The position numbers and the translations under genes are program-made. A DNA stretch of 64,000 nt from Lepidodermella squamata (Eukaryota > Animalia > Gastrotricha), in the NCBI GenBank assembly GCA_047495785.1, contig JBLDXI010000002.1:2790001-2854000 (forward strand). Reading direction: 5' to 3'. The notes beneath the pieces were generated by a model. That model had not been told where the DNA came from and made no database searches. It was given only the letters and a program-made list of their open reading frames with translations. Below, piece after piece: positions 61,670-64,000 of the stretch; the first letter of the stretch is position 1, and each line of letters begins with the position of its first letter.

Positions 61670-64000
61670 ACATAACATAACATAACATTTTCTTTATTGT
61701 TCAGCACTTTTGACATTAAAAGAACAGTAAAAAAACAAAATTAGAAAAAACAACAAAAAGGCGTGCTGAAAATAAAAATCACTCCGGTGTACACACCCTG
61801 CCGGACAGGTCACGGTGGTGACCTGGCAAGCAGAGCGCGTGTCGGAGGAGGACCAGTCTAGGGGACCGATCCTAGTCAACCCGAAATCATTTTTCATCAG
61901 TAATACAAAATATGCAAAAACCCTCGAGAAGAATCATATTCATCACCCCAGACTATGAATTTTCAGCCTCCACTCATTTCTGTCCTTCGCTAGATCATCT
62001 GCATCCTCTAAATTTTGAATTCCCACCCGCCCCAAATTTTTCTTAATACAGTCGAGCCACCTTAGCTTAGGTCTGCCTCTAGGCCGTTTCCAACCCTCCG
62101 GCACGTTCCAATACCGTACTCGGTGGGTTAGCCGTTCGGGGTCCATGCGAGCAACATGGCCGTACCACCTAAGTTGATGTCTTGCTACTATCGAAGATAA
62201 TTTTTGAGTTTCACATTTCTCTCTAATATAATCATTCCTAACTCTGTCTCTCAGAGTGACACCGCAAATGCTACGTAGGCATCGCATCTGACAAACGTTC
62301 AGTCGCCGTTCATCCTCACTGGTCATCGTCCAATTTTCACCCCCAAATTTCGCAACCGGTTCTACTGTACCTCGAAGACACTTCATTTTTACGCTAATAG
62401 GAATAGATTTATTTCCAAAAATATATTTTTTCAAGGCACCGAAAGCTTTGCAGCTTTTCTCTATTCTGGCCCTGATGTCGCTTTTTGAAGCTCCATCTGA
62501 GGTAATTATACTACCTAAATATGTGAAGCTACTAACTTCTTCCAGTCGTTCATTGTAAATAATAAAAGGCTCAACAATTTCATCTCCTTTGTTAATAACC
62601 ATGAATTTGGTTTTTGGTACATTTATTTTGAGCCCTAGACTCTGGCAAGCCTCAACAAAAATATCGATAAGAAGTTGCATGTCGTTCCTATGCATGGCTA
62701 ACAGCCCAGTATCGTCAGCAAAAGCCAAAACATTGAGCCACTCTTCGTCAGTGAGCGGTACTCCGCACTTTTCTAACTCAACTCTCTGGCATACAACGTT
62801 GAAGACGCAAATAAATAACAACGGTGATAAAGGGCAGCCCTGTCTGAGCCCTTTTGTGACCCTGAAAGGCTCGCAAGCAACACCACCAACCCTAACCGTT
62901 GCTATGCTGTCTCTGTACAAGGCCTTTATGTTTTCGATGAGATTTTGTTCTACTCCCAGTCCCTCTAGCGCTTTCCACACTTCTTCGCGGTCAACAAAGT
63001 CGTAGGCTTTCTCCAAGTCCATAAAAGTAATAAAAAATAATTGCTCAAACTCAACAAATTTTTCTATTAGCTGTTTTAGCATCGCCTATGCCTTTACCTT
63101 CCATGAACCCGTGCTGGTTGTCTTCTAAAATTTTCCGAACTTTTAATCGAAGTTTGCGTTCCAAAATACGAGCGTAACATTTCGCGACTATGCTTATTAA
63201 GCTAATTCCTCGGTAATTCGCACATTTTTTCAAGTCACCTTTCTTGGATATCGGAATCAAAATTAGATTAAGAAAATCGTCAGGAACTCGCCTTTCCGTC
63301 CAAATTCTGTTAAACAGTACATACAGCCACTCTGTTCCTATTTCCTCTATTGCAATTAGCATCTCTTTACGCACCTCGTCTTGACCCGGTGATTTTCCAA
63401 GCTTTTCTTTTTTAAGGGCTTCTACTATTTCGTCGCGCGAGATGTTTTCCATGGCTCGTGCCGGTTCATTTACGTCGCATTGATTTTTGAAACCTTGCTG
63501 AGATTCATTTTCTACTTTTGTGGTCAGTTCAACGCCATCTACTACTCCCATGAAATGTTGCCTCCATCTCCCCGCTACTTTCCCTGCTTCCGTCAAAATT
63601 TCACCGTTCTCCCCTTCAATTACCAACCGTTGTTCCAAACTGCCCGAACCTTTTCTAGCATTTTCAACTATCCGCCTCTTGCGGTTTATCTTTTAAGGCA
63701 TAAAATCCGTCTGCAATCTCGACTTTTGCTTTCTTTTTCGCCTTTTCAACCACAATTTTTTCTTCATCTCTGCACAAGGCATATTCGTCGTATAAAGCTT
63801 TGACTTCCTCGTTATCCACATCCCCCTTTTCCTCCGCCACCCTTCTAGCTTTAGTGAAGGTTTTGAACTTGCGCTTCTTTTCCTTGACTTTATTTTTCAC
63901 CTTATTTTTCCACCAGCGGGTTCTTTTCCCTTTTTTTCGAACTCGCTTGCGCCCGCAAATCTTCTCTGTTTCCTCATTAATGCTCTTGAACTCGAGCCAA
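61670..64000 (-). mobile_element. RTE-clade LINE, 3' portion with frameshifted reverse transcriptase (continues beyond the window)
   Basis: KSPGQD, NYRGISL, QHGF, DLEKAYD, GLRQGCPLSP, AFADD, YLGS, LRWYGHVARM, RPRGRP. Two frameshifts near 63080 and 63650; (ATGTT)n tail at 61670-61688. Confidence 0.93.

Noticed and set aside
1-64000. Hammerhead ribozymes or Penelope LTRs
   Set aside because: The CTGA.GA cores inspected lacked flanking stems and the GAAA partner; only checked by eye, so an Infernal scan would be decisive.

Overview
Eukaryotic nuclear DNA from an invertebrate with very short GT-AG introns (mostly 50-70 nt). A two-DBD nuclear receptor points to a spiralian, possibly a flatworm; this is inference. 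The window has two parts. (1) 1-27 kb is gene-rich with few recognisable transposons. It holds a candidate PRFamide neuropeptide precursor, a 4-TM claudin/PMP22-like gene, a MINPP-like histidine acid phosphatase with a GPI-type tail, a DLC1/STARD13/cv-c SAM-RhoGAP-START gene, and an intact 5-exon 2DBD nuclear receptor whose first DBD is strongly remodelled. (2) 27-64 kb is a nested transposon island. Its most notable item is a Mutator/ZSWIM3-like transposase gene (about 38.4-30.9 kb, minus strand) that can be rebuilt in frame by removing five TSD-flanked insertions. Its N-terminus is a multi-pass hydrophobic segment followed by a 2A/StopGo motif (LLLANDVEMNPG-P) just ahead of the transposase DNA-binding domain. 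The island also contains a RAG1/Transib/Chapaev-like transposase relic, a viral F-type env pseudogene, an apparently intact MULE with TA-flanked CAGTG termini, a P-element relic, many MITEs, and Jockey-, CR1- and RTE-type LINEs. All family assignments come from motif recognition by eye, not database searches.
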